Source of the DNA: Eledone cirrhosa
Taxonomy: Eukaryota
Reading direction: 5' to 3'
Length of the DNA stretch: 64,000 nucleotides
Assembly (NCBI GenBank): GCA_964016885.1
Contig: OZ024743.1
Span: 228,656,001 to 228,720,000, forward strand
The notes beneath the pieces were generated by a model. That model saw only the letters and a program-made list of their open reading frames with translations. It did no database searches and had not been told where the DNA came from. A program made the position numbers and the translations under genes. This document shows, in pieces, positions 26,767 to 40,745 of the stretch (the stretch's first letter is position 1; every line of letters begins with the position of its first letter).

Positions 26767-29194
26767 GTTAGGCAGCGGGACAGGCAGATAGTGTCTAATA
26801 CCAAGGCATACCCTGGGGAATAATGTACCTCACAGCATAGGTTAGTTGTTAGTGATATCTCAGTAAGCAAGAGATGGAATGAGACATATAGGAAGGTGTG
26901 GAGAAGAAAGGTCTGGAAGCTAAAAGACCTTTCACTAAAATACAAATTTAGGAAAGCCCTTCAAGATGTATATGACGAAAAAGAAGACGATTTAGAGATG
27001 TATGACATAGATAATAACTGGAATTTCTTACGTGACAACTTGCTGCAGACTACTGATGAAACTTGTGGCTGGAGCAGAGCTCCAACCAGACAGAGAGTGA
27101 CCTGGTGGTGGAACAGCACAGTAGATAAGGCCATTATAGACAAAAGACTAGCATGGAAGGCTTGGAAAAAGGGTGGGAGTAGGGAAGAATATACAGCCAC
27201 TAAGAGAGAAGCTAGACGTCAGGTGTACTTAGCACGCAGAGAGGCGGAGAGTAGGAGGTTTGCCAATGTTCTGCGATGGGAAGATCAGAGGCGTGCGGTG
27301 TTCCACATTGCAAGGCAGTGTGTCAATGCAAATCAGGGTGTTGTTGGAGATAAATGTGTCCGGGATGATGCCGGTGTACTTAGTGTCACGAATGATCAGA
27401 AAAAGGAGGCCTGTAAATGTCATTATGAGAGACTGATGAATGTGGAGAACGAATGGGAGAGAGAGAAATTACCCTTAGTAGATCCGACAGAGGGACCAGC
27501 TATTGAGATTGACGAATATAAGGGTCCAAGAGGCGATTAGGGAAATGAAAAATGGTGAGGCTGCTGGACCATCGGGAATAGTTGCTGAGATGCTGAAGGT
27601 ATCAGGGGACGTAGGGACTAAACTGGTTGCACGCATCATCAATCAGGCTATATATGGTGGTGTCATACCCAAAGACTGGTGCAGCAGTATTCTCATAAAT
27701 TGCTACAAAGGTAAAGGGGATGCCCTGGAGAGGAGCAATTATAGGGGTATAAAACTGATAGATCAGGTTATGAAAGTGGCAGAAAGGATATTAGCACAAC
27801 TAATTAGAGAAAAGGTCAAACTAGATGAGATGCAGTTTGGTTTTGTGCCTGGGAAGAGTACAACAGATGCCCTCTTCTTGGTGAGACAATTGCAAGAGAG
27901 GTTCTTAGAAAAAAATAAGCCACTATACTTAGCCTTTGTTGACCTAGAGAAGGCCTTTGATAGGGTACCCCGATCTGTCATCTGGTGGTCCCTAAGGAAG
28001 CTAGGTGTTGAGGAATGGCTTGTGAGGACAGTGCAAACTTTGTACAGAGGTACTCTCAGTAAAGTCAGGGTAGGAATGGAGTTTAGTGAGGAATTCCAGA
28101 TACAAGTAGGAGTACATCAGGGTTCGGTCCTCAGCCCACTCTTGTTCATTATAGTTCTCCAAGCCATAACAGAGGAGTTTAAGGCTGGCTCTCCATGGGA
28201 ACTTCTCTATGCTGACGATCTGGTTCTTATAGCAGAATCAGTAGAGGAGCTAGAGAATAAATTCTGGCTATGGAAACAGCAGTTGGAAGCCAGAGGACTG
28301 AGAGTAAATCTAGCTAAGACAAAAGTGTTGATGAGTAGAAAAGAGGACAAAACCCTGATTCCGTCAGGGAAATGGCCATGTTCCATATGCAGAAAAGGAA
28401 CTGGCATAAATTCTATAAAATGCACACAATGCAGATCCTGGGTACACAAGAGATGTAGCGGGATAGCAGGCAAACTAACAGGTAGGGAGAAATATGTATG
28501 CAGTAGATGTACAGGGAAATTAGACAGTAGAAATCGCATTGATAGACACATTTTTCAAATGCAGGAGGGCGCCATAGAAGTAGTGGATAGCTTCCGGTAC
28601 CTAGGAGATCAGATTAGCATGGGAGGATGGTGTTCCGAGGCCATAGTATCTAGAATAAGGATTGGTTGGAAGAAGTTTAGGGAGCTGCTTCCTCTGTTAA
28701 TGAAGAACGGTTTCTCCCTGCGTACGAAAGGCCAGTTGTATGATGCCTGTGTCAGGAGTGCGAGGCTGCATGGTAGTGGGACATGGGCAGCAACTGAAGA
28801 GGATATGCGACGGCTGGAGAGAAATGAGGCAAGCATGCTTCGTTGGATGTGCAGTGTAAATGTGCGTGAACGACCCAGCATAAATGTGTTGAGAGAGAAA
28901 CTGTGTATGAGAGGGATAGAATGTAGTGTACGGGAGAGGAGACTGAGGTGGTATGGACATGTGATGCGCATGGAGGATGATCGATGGGTGAAGAAGTGCC
29001 AGGAAATGCCAGTTGAAGGAAGAAGTGGTAGAGGTAGACCACGAAATACATGGGCGGAGGTGGTGAGAACAGACCTCAGATCATTGAAGCTCATGGTGGA
29101 GATGACGAGCGACCGTGACGAGTGGAGAGATGCTGTGCTGAATAAGACCTAGCAGGGAAAAGCGAACGTAAAATGATGATGATGATGATGATGA
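26767..29194 (+). mobile_element. RTE-clade LINE, family B, truncated in the endonuclease C-terminus, with a stop and a frameshift
   Basis: KAYPGE*CTSQHRLVV (APE C-terminus), TWWWN linker, RT ORF 27503-29152 with YADD; very short 3'UTR GCAGGGAAAAGCGAACGTAAAA(TGA)n. Confidence 0.95.
26896..29152 (+). pseudogene. Frameshifted RTE ORF (linker + RT + PHD-type finger + thumb)
   Basis: ORFs 26896-27540 and 27503-29152 overlap with a frameshift near EGPAIEID. Confidence 0.9.
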
Positions 29195-29230
29195 TATATA
29201 TATATATAATACATATATATATATATGTAT

Positions 29231-29724
<494 letters not shown>

Positions 29725-30052
29725 TGAACTTTGATTATTGTAATCTCTATATAACTGCTCTGTAAAACAACTGATGTTATTACATTGAGCTATTTATCTT
29801 ACTGGTAACAGGATAGTAATTAATGACTATCTTTCACTATTTAGGGTTTGTGTATATATAATATATTGCCATTAAAGGTTTTATTGCATACATAACCATA
29901 AATAGTACCCTTAATACTAATATATATATATATATATATAGTATTTACATATCGAGAAAGAGAGAAAAAGGAGGGATAGGTGATACATATAGTTATTTGC
30001 CAAGTATATATATATGTATTATATATATATATATATATATATGTATTATATA

Positions 30053-30682
30053 TTACTCGAGAGAAGGCTACGTTGGTATGGACACGTGATGCGCATGAAA
30101 GTCGATAGCTGTATAACAAAGTGCAGGGCAATAAAGATAGACGGTAGCCACGGAATAGGCAGACCTAGAAAAACCTGGGACGAGCTGATAAACTCCGACC
30201 TCACACACTTACACCTCTCCAAGACAATGTCACTGGACCGAGACCTTTGGCGGTACTCAGTAACAGAGAAGACCCGCTTTACCTAAATACATAGTAAAAC
30301 CTACTACAGCCAGTAGGCATCTCTAACAAAATACACCCCGTCCCACCACCACCACCCCCACCCCATCCACGCCACCCCGTTCTATGTAAAGTTGTGTTGG
30401 TGCCACACCATCCAGGCCGAAACAAATGAGATCGTGTAGGTGTCACGACAAAAAAACACACAGTCCACGCTGTAATGTGGCCGTGTAGGCAACACGGTAA
30501 AAACCTCCCAGACCCACACTGTAAATGTGGTTGGTGTTAGGAAGGGCATCCAACTGTAGAAAACCTGCCAGACAGTCCTATGCGAGCAAGACAATCACTC
30601 TTGCCTCAAGTGGGACTACCCCCGTCCAAACCCATGCAAGCGTGGAACACGGACGTTAAACGTTGATGATGATGATGATGAT
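30053..30682 (+). mobile_element. RTE family A 3' fragment
   Basis: LLERRLRWYGHV...KTRFT*, family A 3'UTR and (TGA)n tail. Confidence 0.95.
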
Positions 30683-30686
30683 ATAT

Positions 30687-31650
30687 ATCATCATCATCAT
30701 CATCATCAGCGTTTAACGTCCGTGTTCCACGCTTGCATGGGTTTGGACGGGGGTAGTCCCACTTGAGGCAAGAGTGATTGTCTTGCTCGCATAGGACTGT
30801 CTGGCAGGTTTTCTACAGTTGGATGCCCTTCCTAACACCAACCACATTTACAGTGTGGGTCTGGGAGGTTTTTACCGTGTTGCCTACACGGCCACATTAC
30901 AGCGTGGACTGTGTGTTTTTTTTGTCGTGACACCTACACGATCTCATTTGTTTCGGCCTCGATGGCGCGGCACCAACATAACTTTACATAGAACGGGGTG
31001 GTGTGGATCGGGTGGGGGTGGTGGGACGGGGTGTATTTGTTAGAGATGCCTACTGGCTGGAGTAGGTTTTACTATATATTTAGGTAAGGCGGGTCTTCTC
31101 TGTTACTGAGTACCGCCAAAGGTCTCGGTCCAGTGACATTGTCTTGGAGAGGTGTAAGTGTGTGATGTCGGAGTTTATCAGCTCGTCCCAGGTTTTTCTA
31201 GGTCTGCCTATTCCGTGACTACCGTCTATCTTTATTGCCCTGCACTTTGTTATACAGCTATCGACTTTCATGCGCATCACGTGTCCATACCAACGTAGCC
31301 TTCTCTCGAGTAAACAACATCTGATCCCTCTTATCTCTAATTTATTCCTTAGTTCGTTTATGCTTTGCCGTTCACGTATATTACTGTTACACATCCAGCG
31401 GAGCATGCAAGCTTCGTTCCTCTCTAGTCTGCGTATATCCTCTGCACACAATGCCCAGGTCTCACTGCCATGCAGCATTGCTGTTCGTATGCAGGCATCG
31501 TACAACCTGCCTTTCATTTTTAGTGAGAACCCTTTAGCAGCTAATAGTGGTATAAGCTCTCTGAACTTTTTCCAACCAGTTCTGACTCTAGCTACAGTAC
31601 TTTCAGAGCACCCTCCCCCACTGCTGATTTTATCGCCCAGGTAACGGAAG
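30687..31650 (-). mobile_element. RTE family A 3' fragment, tail-to-tail with the previous copy
   Basis: ORF 31080-31517, same 3'UTR, (CAT)n at about 30687-30708. Confidence 0.95.
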
Positions 31651-31697
31651 ATATATGTATTATATATATATATATGTATTATATATATCTATATATA

Positions 31698-31759
<62 letters not shown>

Positions 31760-31773
31760 CATATATATATATA

Positions 31774-31813
<40 letters not shown>

Positions 31814-31852
31814 CACGCATATATACATATATATATACATGTATATAAACTG

Positions 31853-32144
31853 TAGCGGCCCTTTGGTCACAAATAACCATGGTTTTGTACCTAGAAAGTT
31901 CCCCTTTGAGGCACAAGCCTAGGCAAACACGGTGTATTTGCGAAGACCAGCAGGCCTTATGCATACCAGTCTCTCCTCTCTCCACGCCACCGATGTTGTC
32001 CAAGGGAAAGGTAATGGTTGATACAGCCGGGTGTCAATGACGTCACAACTCATTTCTTCCACTGAGTGAACTGGTCCAGGATTTGAACTCATAACTTTAC
32101 GATTGTGAACTCAATGCTCCAACCACAAAGGAATGTGACTTCAC
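31853..32144 (-). mobile_element. tRNA-derived SINE (different 3' body)
   Basis: Minus-strand tRNA-like head (GTGGTTGGAGCATT...GAGTTCAAATCC) and a shared cagt..actcagtgg..gaaatgag core. Confidence 0.75.
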
Positions 32145-32371
32145 ATATATATACATATACACACAGCACATAATATAATATGTATCATATATATATATAT
32201 ATATATAATAATAATAAGGGTTTAGATCGATATTCATAATAGATATATGTAATATAGATATATCTATATGTACATATATGTATATGTAATATACATATAC
32301 ATATCTCTCTTTCTCTCTCTATATATATATACATATATATTATGTTGTGTATACATATATATTATGTTGTG

Positions 32372-32416
<45 letters not shown>

Positions 32417-32921
32417 TTATAAATATATATATATATTTATAAATATATATATATATACACACACACAAATACATACAGTAACAGACTTCAGTAAATGTGT
32501 TAGAAATTGCACGGAGAAGATTACATCAGGAAACAAAAGGAAACTATTTCTTAATTTTAGCCAAGAATTGAAATAATTGACATGGAATGTGGATTAAATG
32601 AAAAATGCTACAGGAATACGGTAAAAAACAAGTTTAGAAACAATAAAAAAAAACAAAGTAGTGATCATATATTTAGAATAAAATATAAATTGGGGAATTC
32701 CATCTGCTTCCTCCATCTTTTTCTGTTTTTCCAAACCCCCCAAAATATTTATGTTAGATTATTGAAGACATAAAAAGTCCATAGCTGAAGTTTTGTTGTC
32801 TTCTTCTTCAGCAGCAGCAAGTTATTAAATGAACTATTATACCAATACTACTATTTCAGTTGTATATTTGCTAAGAACACACAAAGCCTGTTAGATAAAT
32901 ATTAGCAATGCTTCTTATTTG

Positions 32922-33036
32922 TCTTACCAATTGCTGGTGGAATAATTGCTTTCTGATCATCACACAGCTATAAAGTGTATTTGAATTAGTTTAGTTACTT
33001 ACCTAGAAAAAAGAAAAGAAAAGAAAGATGTCAATG
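32922..33036 (-). promoter_or_regulatory. Candidate recursive splice site (TAG|GTAAGT) with a 75-nt cryptic exon
   Basis: Minus strand: cattgac-atctttcttttcttttcttttttcTAG|GTAAGTA ... AATTG|GTAAGA. Confidence 0.5.
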
Positions 33037-33879
33037 AAAATAATGCTTCATATAAAAGAGAACAATAACAATAAGAAAAACTAAGTATAAGAATAAAACA
33101 TATATAAAAACAAAACAACAAACAGATGAATGAATATATAAACGAAAATCAGGTAGTTATATTAAAAGAGAACCATTTGTATATAGATGAAATTAATTTC
33201 TATTTTTATTCCAGCCATAAAAAAGAGCAAATAGGAATAGGATATGAGAGACAGAGAAGGGAGGGAGTGTGTTAGAAAGTGAGAGGTGGAGAGAGAATGA
33301 ACGAAATTGAAGGTTTGTTCCATCCAACACTTCAGCTATTGCACATATGTATATATGAAATATCATAAAGAGTAAATTACTGAACTATCAAAGGCACACA
33401 TAGCACCAGTAAAATGAGAAAACATGATGACATAGTATAACACAGAAGAAAGAACTCTAACATTGCAATTAGTTGTCAGTAAGTTAGCTAATTTAGTGGG
33501 TAAATAAGAGAAGGAAAAACGGGATTATGAGAATAAATGTCAGGGAAATTTGGTGTTTTCATACTGTGTGCTATTAACTATATAGTAGTTAGTGTATATA
33601 TATATATAATCATGAGCTGAACACTGTCCATGAAGCTTGGCTTAGTAGTCAAGATGTTCAGCTTATGATCTTAAGATTGGGAGGTGGATTCCCAGACTGA
33701 GCACATTATATACTGCTCTTGAAAATAGCTCCAGTTCACTCAGTTTGAAAAAATAAGTTGTGTTGACACTGTTAGGAAGCTGTATTTGCTATTGCCATTC
33801 TTTTTAACAGCATTAGGTTGGTGGCATGGGGAGGGGAAATTTGCAGGCTTGGGTGACAAATGGTCATCTACGAAACACT

Positions 33880-34130
33880 CTACCTCAGCTTGTGCCTTGG
33901 AGAGGAACATTTCAGATGGAAACACATGGACAATGATTACTGGGTGAAGAAGCCATAGCAGAGGTAGACCAAGGAAGACTTGGGCAGAGGTGGTGAGAGC
34001 TGACCTCTAATCACTGAGACTCACAGAAGAGACAATGAATGAAAGTGAGGAGTAGAGAGATACCATGCTGAGAAGGACATGTCCAACCCATGCAAGCATG
34101 AAAAAATGGATGTAAAAGCAATGATGATGT
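33880..34130 (+). mobile_element. Old RTE 3' remnant
   Basis: RGRPRKTWAEVVRADL-like translation followed directly by ccaacccatgcaagcatg...tgatgatg. Confidence 0.75.
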
Positions 34131-35439
34131 TATTGATCATATAAAGAGAAGTTTCAATATATTACTTTAACTTCCATCTTGTTTTAAATAGTTTGATTTC
34201 AAAGTGCCTGAAACTACTTCTGTTTCTACAGTACATAGGTGTTCCACCAAGAGACTGTTACACAAACAAGAGGAAAAGTTCATTGAGAGCATAACATTTC
34301 CTTTTTTGTGTCCATCGTTCATCATTTGAAAAGAAGGTCTTTATCATGAAAAATTATGATGAAATATATTGAGTAAAAACATTTACTTTCGTTTTGTTGT
34401 CCTTTCTATCTCAGTTCCATCTTTATATTTCAATCTACATTGCACCTGCTTTCTCAACACTATTAATTATTAGAGGTCTCACAATACTTCATATAAACTA
34501 AACAAAGCTGTTTATTTTAAAATGTTTATATTCATCCGAAAACCATCCATCATAATTTTATGTTAGAAATTGCATTATGATATCTTACAAACATCAGTTT
34601 ATTTAATATAGAAATGAATTCTACAGGACTATAACTAATGATTTCATAGGAATGATGATTTCTAGTCCTGTAGAATTCATTTCTATATAAAATAAAATGC
34701 CTTATACTTTAGCAATACATTGAGTAACTTTTTTAACTCTGGTCATTTCCCAATCTTCATTGAAAATCCACTTATATGCATATATAATTGCTACTGTGGA
34801 GTTTCATCTGCAGACTCGCGGATGAAACACTAGAGTAACAAAGCTCAACACTTAGCCATTAAATGAATATTTAACTCTAATTCGGTATTGAGCACTTTTT
34901 CAATACTACACAGTGGATATATATGTATATAGTTGAAAATGAACGAACAAAACACAGGAGGCAATTGTACACAGTTATATTAGGTTCATGCTTGGTGGAA
35001 GTGGAGTCGGTTTCAACATATATGCCTATGTGTGTGTAAGTCTGTATTTATATTTACTTGCTTTATATCCTGTAAATTTGTTCTTCAACAAAAGCTATTG
35101 ATAAATTAAATACCAGACTTGAAATAAAAAAAATACTTGGGTCCATATGGTTTACTGCTTTGGTTGCATTGCTGCAGTCTAATGACTGAAACCAGTAAAA
35201 AAATAAAAGAATAACTGTGCCTTTCATAGTGAATCACCATAAAACCAATGACATGGAAAGAACAGTTTAGTAGCCTAAACATGTTGGATAGCAGATGTGT
35301 ATGTGTGTGGGTGTATGCACTTGTATGTCAGTGTTTATGGGTTTATGTGATTGTATATGTATCAGTGCTTGTGTGTTTTTCTAGGTGTGTGAATGTGTGT
35401 GTCTATGTGTTTATGTATGTGTCCATAGTGTAGTGTACG

Positions 35440-37435
35440 CATCCGACCATAAATGCACAGCACACATCTACATTCATAAATACATAGTGAAAAGACATTC
35501 GTAAGTACATTGTACATGCATACATTCATAACTACACAGTACACATATACATTCAGAAATACACACATAATACACACATACATTCATAACTACACAGTAC
35601 ACATATACATTCAGTAATACACATACATTCATAACTACACAGTACACATATACATTCAGTAATACACACATAATACACACATACATTCATAAGTACACAC
35701 TACACATATACATTCAGTAATACACACATAATACACACATACATTCATAAGTACACACTACATATATACATTCAGGAATACACATACATTCATAAGTAGA
35801 CAGTACACACATAGATTCATAAATACACAGTGCATAGGTACATTCATAAATACAGAGTATATACATACATTTACAAATACACTGTACATACATACATTTA
35901 TAAGTATACAGTACATACATACATTTATAAATATACAGTACATACATACATATACATTTATAAATACACAGCATATACATACATTCATAAATACACTGTA
36001 CATACATACATATTTAAATATACAGTACATACATACATATACATTTATGTGTGTAGGAAAGGAGTAGGCAGAAACTCCATTTTATGTCCCAAATGCAAAG
36101 TATGGGTGCATAAAAGATGTAGTGGGATCACAGGTAAGCTAACTATGAATATAGATTTTATATGTGGCCGGTGCTCTGGTGCAATAAGTAGCAGCAAGTG
36201 CCCACAGAATACTAGCTTATTCCATTGCACAGATGGTTCTATAGAAATAGTGAACACCTTCCATTACCTGGGTGACAAAATCAGCAGTGGGGGAGGGTGC
36301 TCTGAAAGTACAGTAGCTAGAGTCAGAACGGGATGGAAAAGTTCAGAGAGCTTATACCACTATTGGCCGCTAAAGGGTTCTCTCTAAAAATGAAAGGCAG
36401 GCTGTATGATGCCTGCATACAAACATCAATGTTACATGGCAGTGAGACATGGGCATTGTGTGCAGAGGATATACGCAGACTGGAGAGGAACGAAGCTTGC
36501 ATGCTCCGCTGGATGTGTAATAGTAATATACGTGAACGGCAAAGCATAAATGAACTAAGGGAGAAAATAGGAATAAGAGGGATCAGATGTTGTTTACTCG
36601 AGAGAAGACTACGTTGGTACGGTCACGTGATGCGCATGAAAGACGACAGCTGTATAAAAAAGTGCAGGGCGATAAAAATAGACGGTAGCCACGGAGTAGG
36701 CAGACCCAGAAAAACCTGGGACGACTTGATAAATTGCGACCTCACACACTTACACCTCTCCAAGACAATGTCACTGGACCGAGATCTTTGGCGCTACACA
36801 GTAATACAGAAGACCCGCCTTGCCTAAGTACAAAGTGAAACCTACAGTCAGTAGGCACCTCTAACAAAAATACATCCCTGTCCCACTACCCCCACCCCAT
36901 CCACACCACCCACTTCAATGTGAAGTTATGTTGGTACCACAACATCCAGTCCGAAACAAATGAGGTCGTGTAGGTGTCACGACAAAAAAACACACAGTCC
37001 ACGCTGTAATGTGGCCGTGTAGGTAACACAGTAAAAACCTCCCAGTTCCACACTGTAAACGTGGTTGGTGTTAGGAAGGGCATCCAGCCGTAGAAAACCC
37101 GTCAGACAGTCCTATACGAGCAAGACAACCACTCTTGCCTCAAGTGGGAAAACTCCCATCTAAACCCATGCAAGTGTGGAAGATGGACGTTAAACGATGA
37201 TGATGATGATGAAACATACATTCATAAATACACAGTACATACATAAATTTATAAATATACAGTACATACATACATACATATACATATATAAATACACAGT
37301 ATATACATACATACATAAATACACAGTACATACATACATTTATAAATATACAGTACATACATACATATACATTTATAATTATAAATACACAGTATATACA
37401 TACATTCATAAATACATAGTACATACATAAATGTA
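35440..37435. repeat. About 32-bp minisatellite (cattcataaatacacagtacatacata) split by the LINE at 36049-37212
   Basis: Same unit on both sides of the LINE. Confidence 0.85.
36049..37212 (+). mobile_element. RTE family A 3' fragment inserted into a minisatellite
   Basis: CRKGVGRNSILCPKC... with a frameshift, ORF 36333-36827, 3'UTR and (TGA)n. Confidence 0.95.
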
Positions 37436-38216
37436 CAAATACAAATTGGCATTTATTTACTCAAGCAATCAGCTGGAATGTTTTCTAGTTTTCTAATATA
37501 ATACAAATATAATATCATAATACAAATACAATATATTTCCACAATAATAACAATCACAACTACTACTATTAGTACTATAATAGCATGATTGATTATTGAA
37601 GTTTAGCTTATCAACAACTACTTAGGTATTGCATTAGTAGTATAGAATATAAATGGGATCACGTGATGTTTCAACATATTTTCAGATTCTATTAACAAAA
37701 TTATGTTTAAATGATATGAGAAAATAGAAGTATGTTATTATATACATTCATTTACTATTTTTTTCTTTCTTTTCATTCAACAATAAATATTTAAATATAA
37801 AAGACAGTATTAGTTTATAAACCAAATTCTTTTCAACTATATATGTATATATGCATATGTGAGTGTATTTGACAGTATGCATATAGATATTTATACATAT
37901 TTATTTGTGTATAATTACATATGCATATATATACATATATATATATATATACACATACATACATACATTATACATATATATGCATACACATATATATATG
38001 AAGTATTTCCATTGAAAGGTTAAAGGAAGGGAGAGTGCTCTATGAATGCTACAGAGCTATTAAAATTTTCATTCTGATGAACGATTTCTGTTGAGCTCAC
38101 CTGTCTTCGTGAAACCTTTGGTAAATGGAATAATTGTATTGAGTTGTTTATTACATAATCATATATATATATGATGATGATGTATATATATGTATATATA
38201 TTTGTATATATATATA

Positions 38217-38251
<35 letters not shown>

Positions 38252-38339
38252 ATGATGTATATATATGTATATATATTTGTATATATATATATATTTATAT
38301 ATACATATATATATATATATATGCACATATATATATATA

Positions 38340-38736
38340 TCATCATCGTCTTTTAACGTCTATCTTCCACGCTAGCATGAGTTAGACAGGAATTGTCCCA
38401 CTTGAGGCAAGATTGATCGGGTGACTGTGTCTCGCTCGTATAGGACTGTATCTCGCAGGTATTCTACGACTGGATGCCCTTCCTAACATCAACCACATTT
38501 ACAGTGTGGACTGGGAGCCTTTTTACCGTGTTTCCTACACCACCACATTACAGCGTGGACTGTGTGTTTTTTTGTCATGACACCTACACAACCTCTTTAG
38601 TTTGGACTGGATGTTGTGGTACCAACATAACTTTACAGAGAAAGGGTGGTGTTGGTGGGAGGATGGAGTAGGGGTAGTGGGTTGGGGCGTATATTTGATT
38701 AGGAGGGGTATACTGACTGTAGGTTAACTTTGCACT
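38340..38736 (-). mobile_element. RTE family A-like 3'UTR-only copy (diverged)
   Basis: Homologous to the family A 3'UTR; (CAT)n tail at the left end. Confidence 0.85.
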
Positions 38737-38831
38737 ATATATATAGTTATAATAATAAATTTGAAGACTAAAATCCAAAGAGGGCTTGATAAGGATAAAT
38801 ATATATCAAATATATAAGAACCGTAGAGCAA

Positions 38832-39233
38832 ATATTTATTAAAATAACAGATTAAAGTTTAAGCAAAGAATCGCTGCTTTCACACTTAACGGGATCTTCT
38901 GAAACTAACAAAGTCAATCTGTAAACGCAGAAGTGGATATTTCAAAAAACGTTGCAACTGGAGGAAGACAGGAAGACGATACTTTGGTTCGTGGAAACAT
39001 TCCCTGGCAAAGAACGGGAAAAAACGAATATAATACGTCATTAATAGGAGCAGTGAAAAACAATTACATGCAAAGACAGAACCACGTTTATGGTATAAAA
39101 GAAGTCGTAGACTAATGTTCTCTTAGGTGGTTCATAGAGACGTTCTCTGGCAATGAACGGAAAAAATGAAGATAATACATCATATGTGGAGCGATTCTTT
39201 GCTTAAACTTTAATCTGTTATTTTAATAAATAT
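38832..39233 (-). mobile_element. Second copy of the 25.4-25.9 kb element, 5'-truncated, with a 44-bp inverted copy of its own 3' end
   Basis: 38832-38875 is inverted at 39190-39233, joined via AGCG microhomology. Confidence 0.8.
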
Positions 39234-39411
39234 ATATCTATATATATATATATATATATATATAACTGTCTAACCCATGCTAGCATGGAATAACGGACGT
39301 AAAACGGTGATGATGATGATGATGATATACATACATATACACATATGTATATAAACATATAAGCATACACATATACAAATACACACATACATATATACAC
39401 ACACATATATA

Positions 39412-39803
39412 TACAAAGTAAAACCTACTACAGTCAGTAGGCATCTCTAACAAAATACACCCCCGTCCCACCACCTCCACCCCATCCACACCACCCCTTT
39501 CAATGTAAAGTTATGTTGGTGCCACAACATCCAGGCCGAAACAAATGAGATCGTGTAGGTGTCATGTCAAAAAAACACACAGTCTACGCTGTAATGTGGC
39601 CGTGTAGGCAACACGGTAAAAACCTCCCAGCCCCACACTGTAAATGTGGTTGGTGTTAGGAAGGGCATCCAGCTGTAGAAAACCCGCCAGATAGTCCTAT
39701 GCGAGCAAGATAATCACTCTTGCCTCAAGTGGGAAACCCCCGTCCAAACCCATGCAAGCGTGGAACACGGACGTTAAACGTTGATGATGATGATGATGAT
39801 GAT
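39412..39803 (+). mobile_element. RTE family A 3'UTR-only copy
   Basis: Near-identical to the reverse complement of the 4960-5465 UTR, without the duplication. Confidence 0.9.
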
Positions 39804-39809
39804 ATATAT

Positions 39810-40655
39810 ATCATCACATTACATCACATCACGTTCCTGCAACTGATGCAGACAGTCACTGGGGTACCAAACTAGGTACTTTCATATTCAGCCATCACCA
39901 CTGCTCTTTATTCTCTGTCATGTATAGAAGGGTCTTGGTATTTTGACCAGTCCAGTATTTATATATATACATATATAAATATATATACATATATATACAT
40001 ATATACATATACATACATACATATATACATACATATATACATACATATATACATACATACATATATGGTGGTGGCTGCCAACTCGTTTTTGAGTACGGCC
40101 ACTACTTTATATCCATGTAGGAGAACCCCTACCGATGCGCTGAACGAGTATGACTTTTTAGTCCAGCCAGCGACTTGAAAACTCTGGTACAAACACTACA
40201 CTTGTGACTATATTTGATACATAGTGCTGGGCCCATGGTACCATGTGACGACAAGTGCAGAGAGATCTCCAGATATAAAGCAATGCCTGTGCCGTGAAGC
40301 TTTTATAGTGAGCAAAGGCACTGCACAAAGCCAGTCCCACTCTCTTAACAAAGATGATATTTACCTAAAAGAAGAACAAGTCAACATCATTGGAAACCAT
40401 CAGGGTTGCAGGTGTTATATCAGAGATTTCCTTCTCCTAGAATTCTGCCTTGACAAAGGCTAAGGGGTCATCTCTCCCGGTGATTTTGGATGGCCATTGA
40501 CTCTTAAGAGCTCCTTTGCCCTTTGACAGGTTTTGTTTTTAGTCCTGCAGGATGTCCAAAGTCACCCTCCTCACCAAGAAACCTTGGTGGGGTTGCCAGT
40601 TTAGTTGCCAACGACCCGACCATGAGACAGTAGCACCAACTGGTGACCTGACATG
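39810..40655 (-). mobile_element. Internally deleted, decayed LINE (RTE-like 5'UTR + RT thumb remnant + 3' end), split by (TA)n
   Basis: Minus strand has CTAGGAGAAGGAAATCTCTG (RTE 5'UTR-like), a KKSYSFSASVGVLLHG remnant resembling the LFxAxVESVLLYG thumb motif, and a TGATG-type tail at 39810. Confidence 0.55.
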
Positions 40656-40668
40656 TATACGTACATAT

Positions 40669-40745
<77 letters not shown>

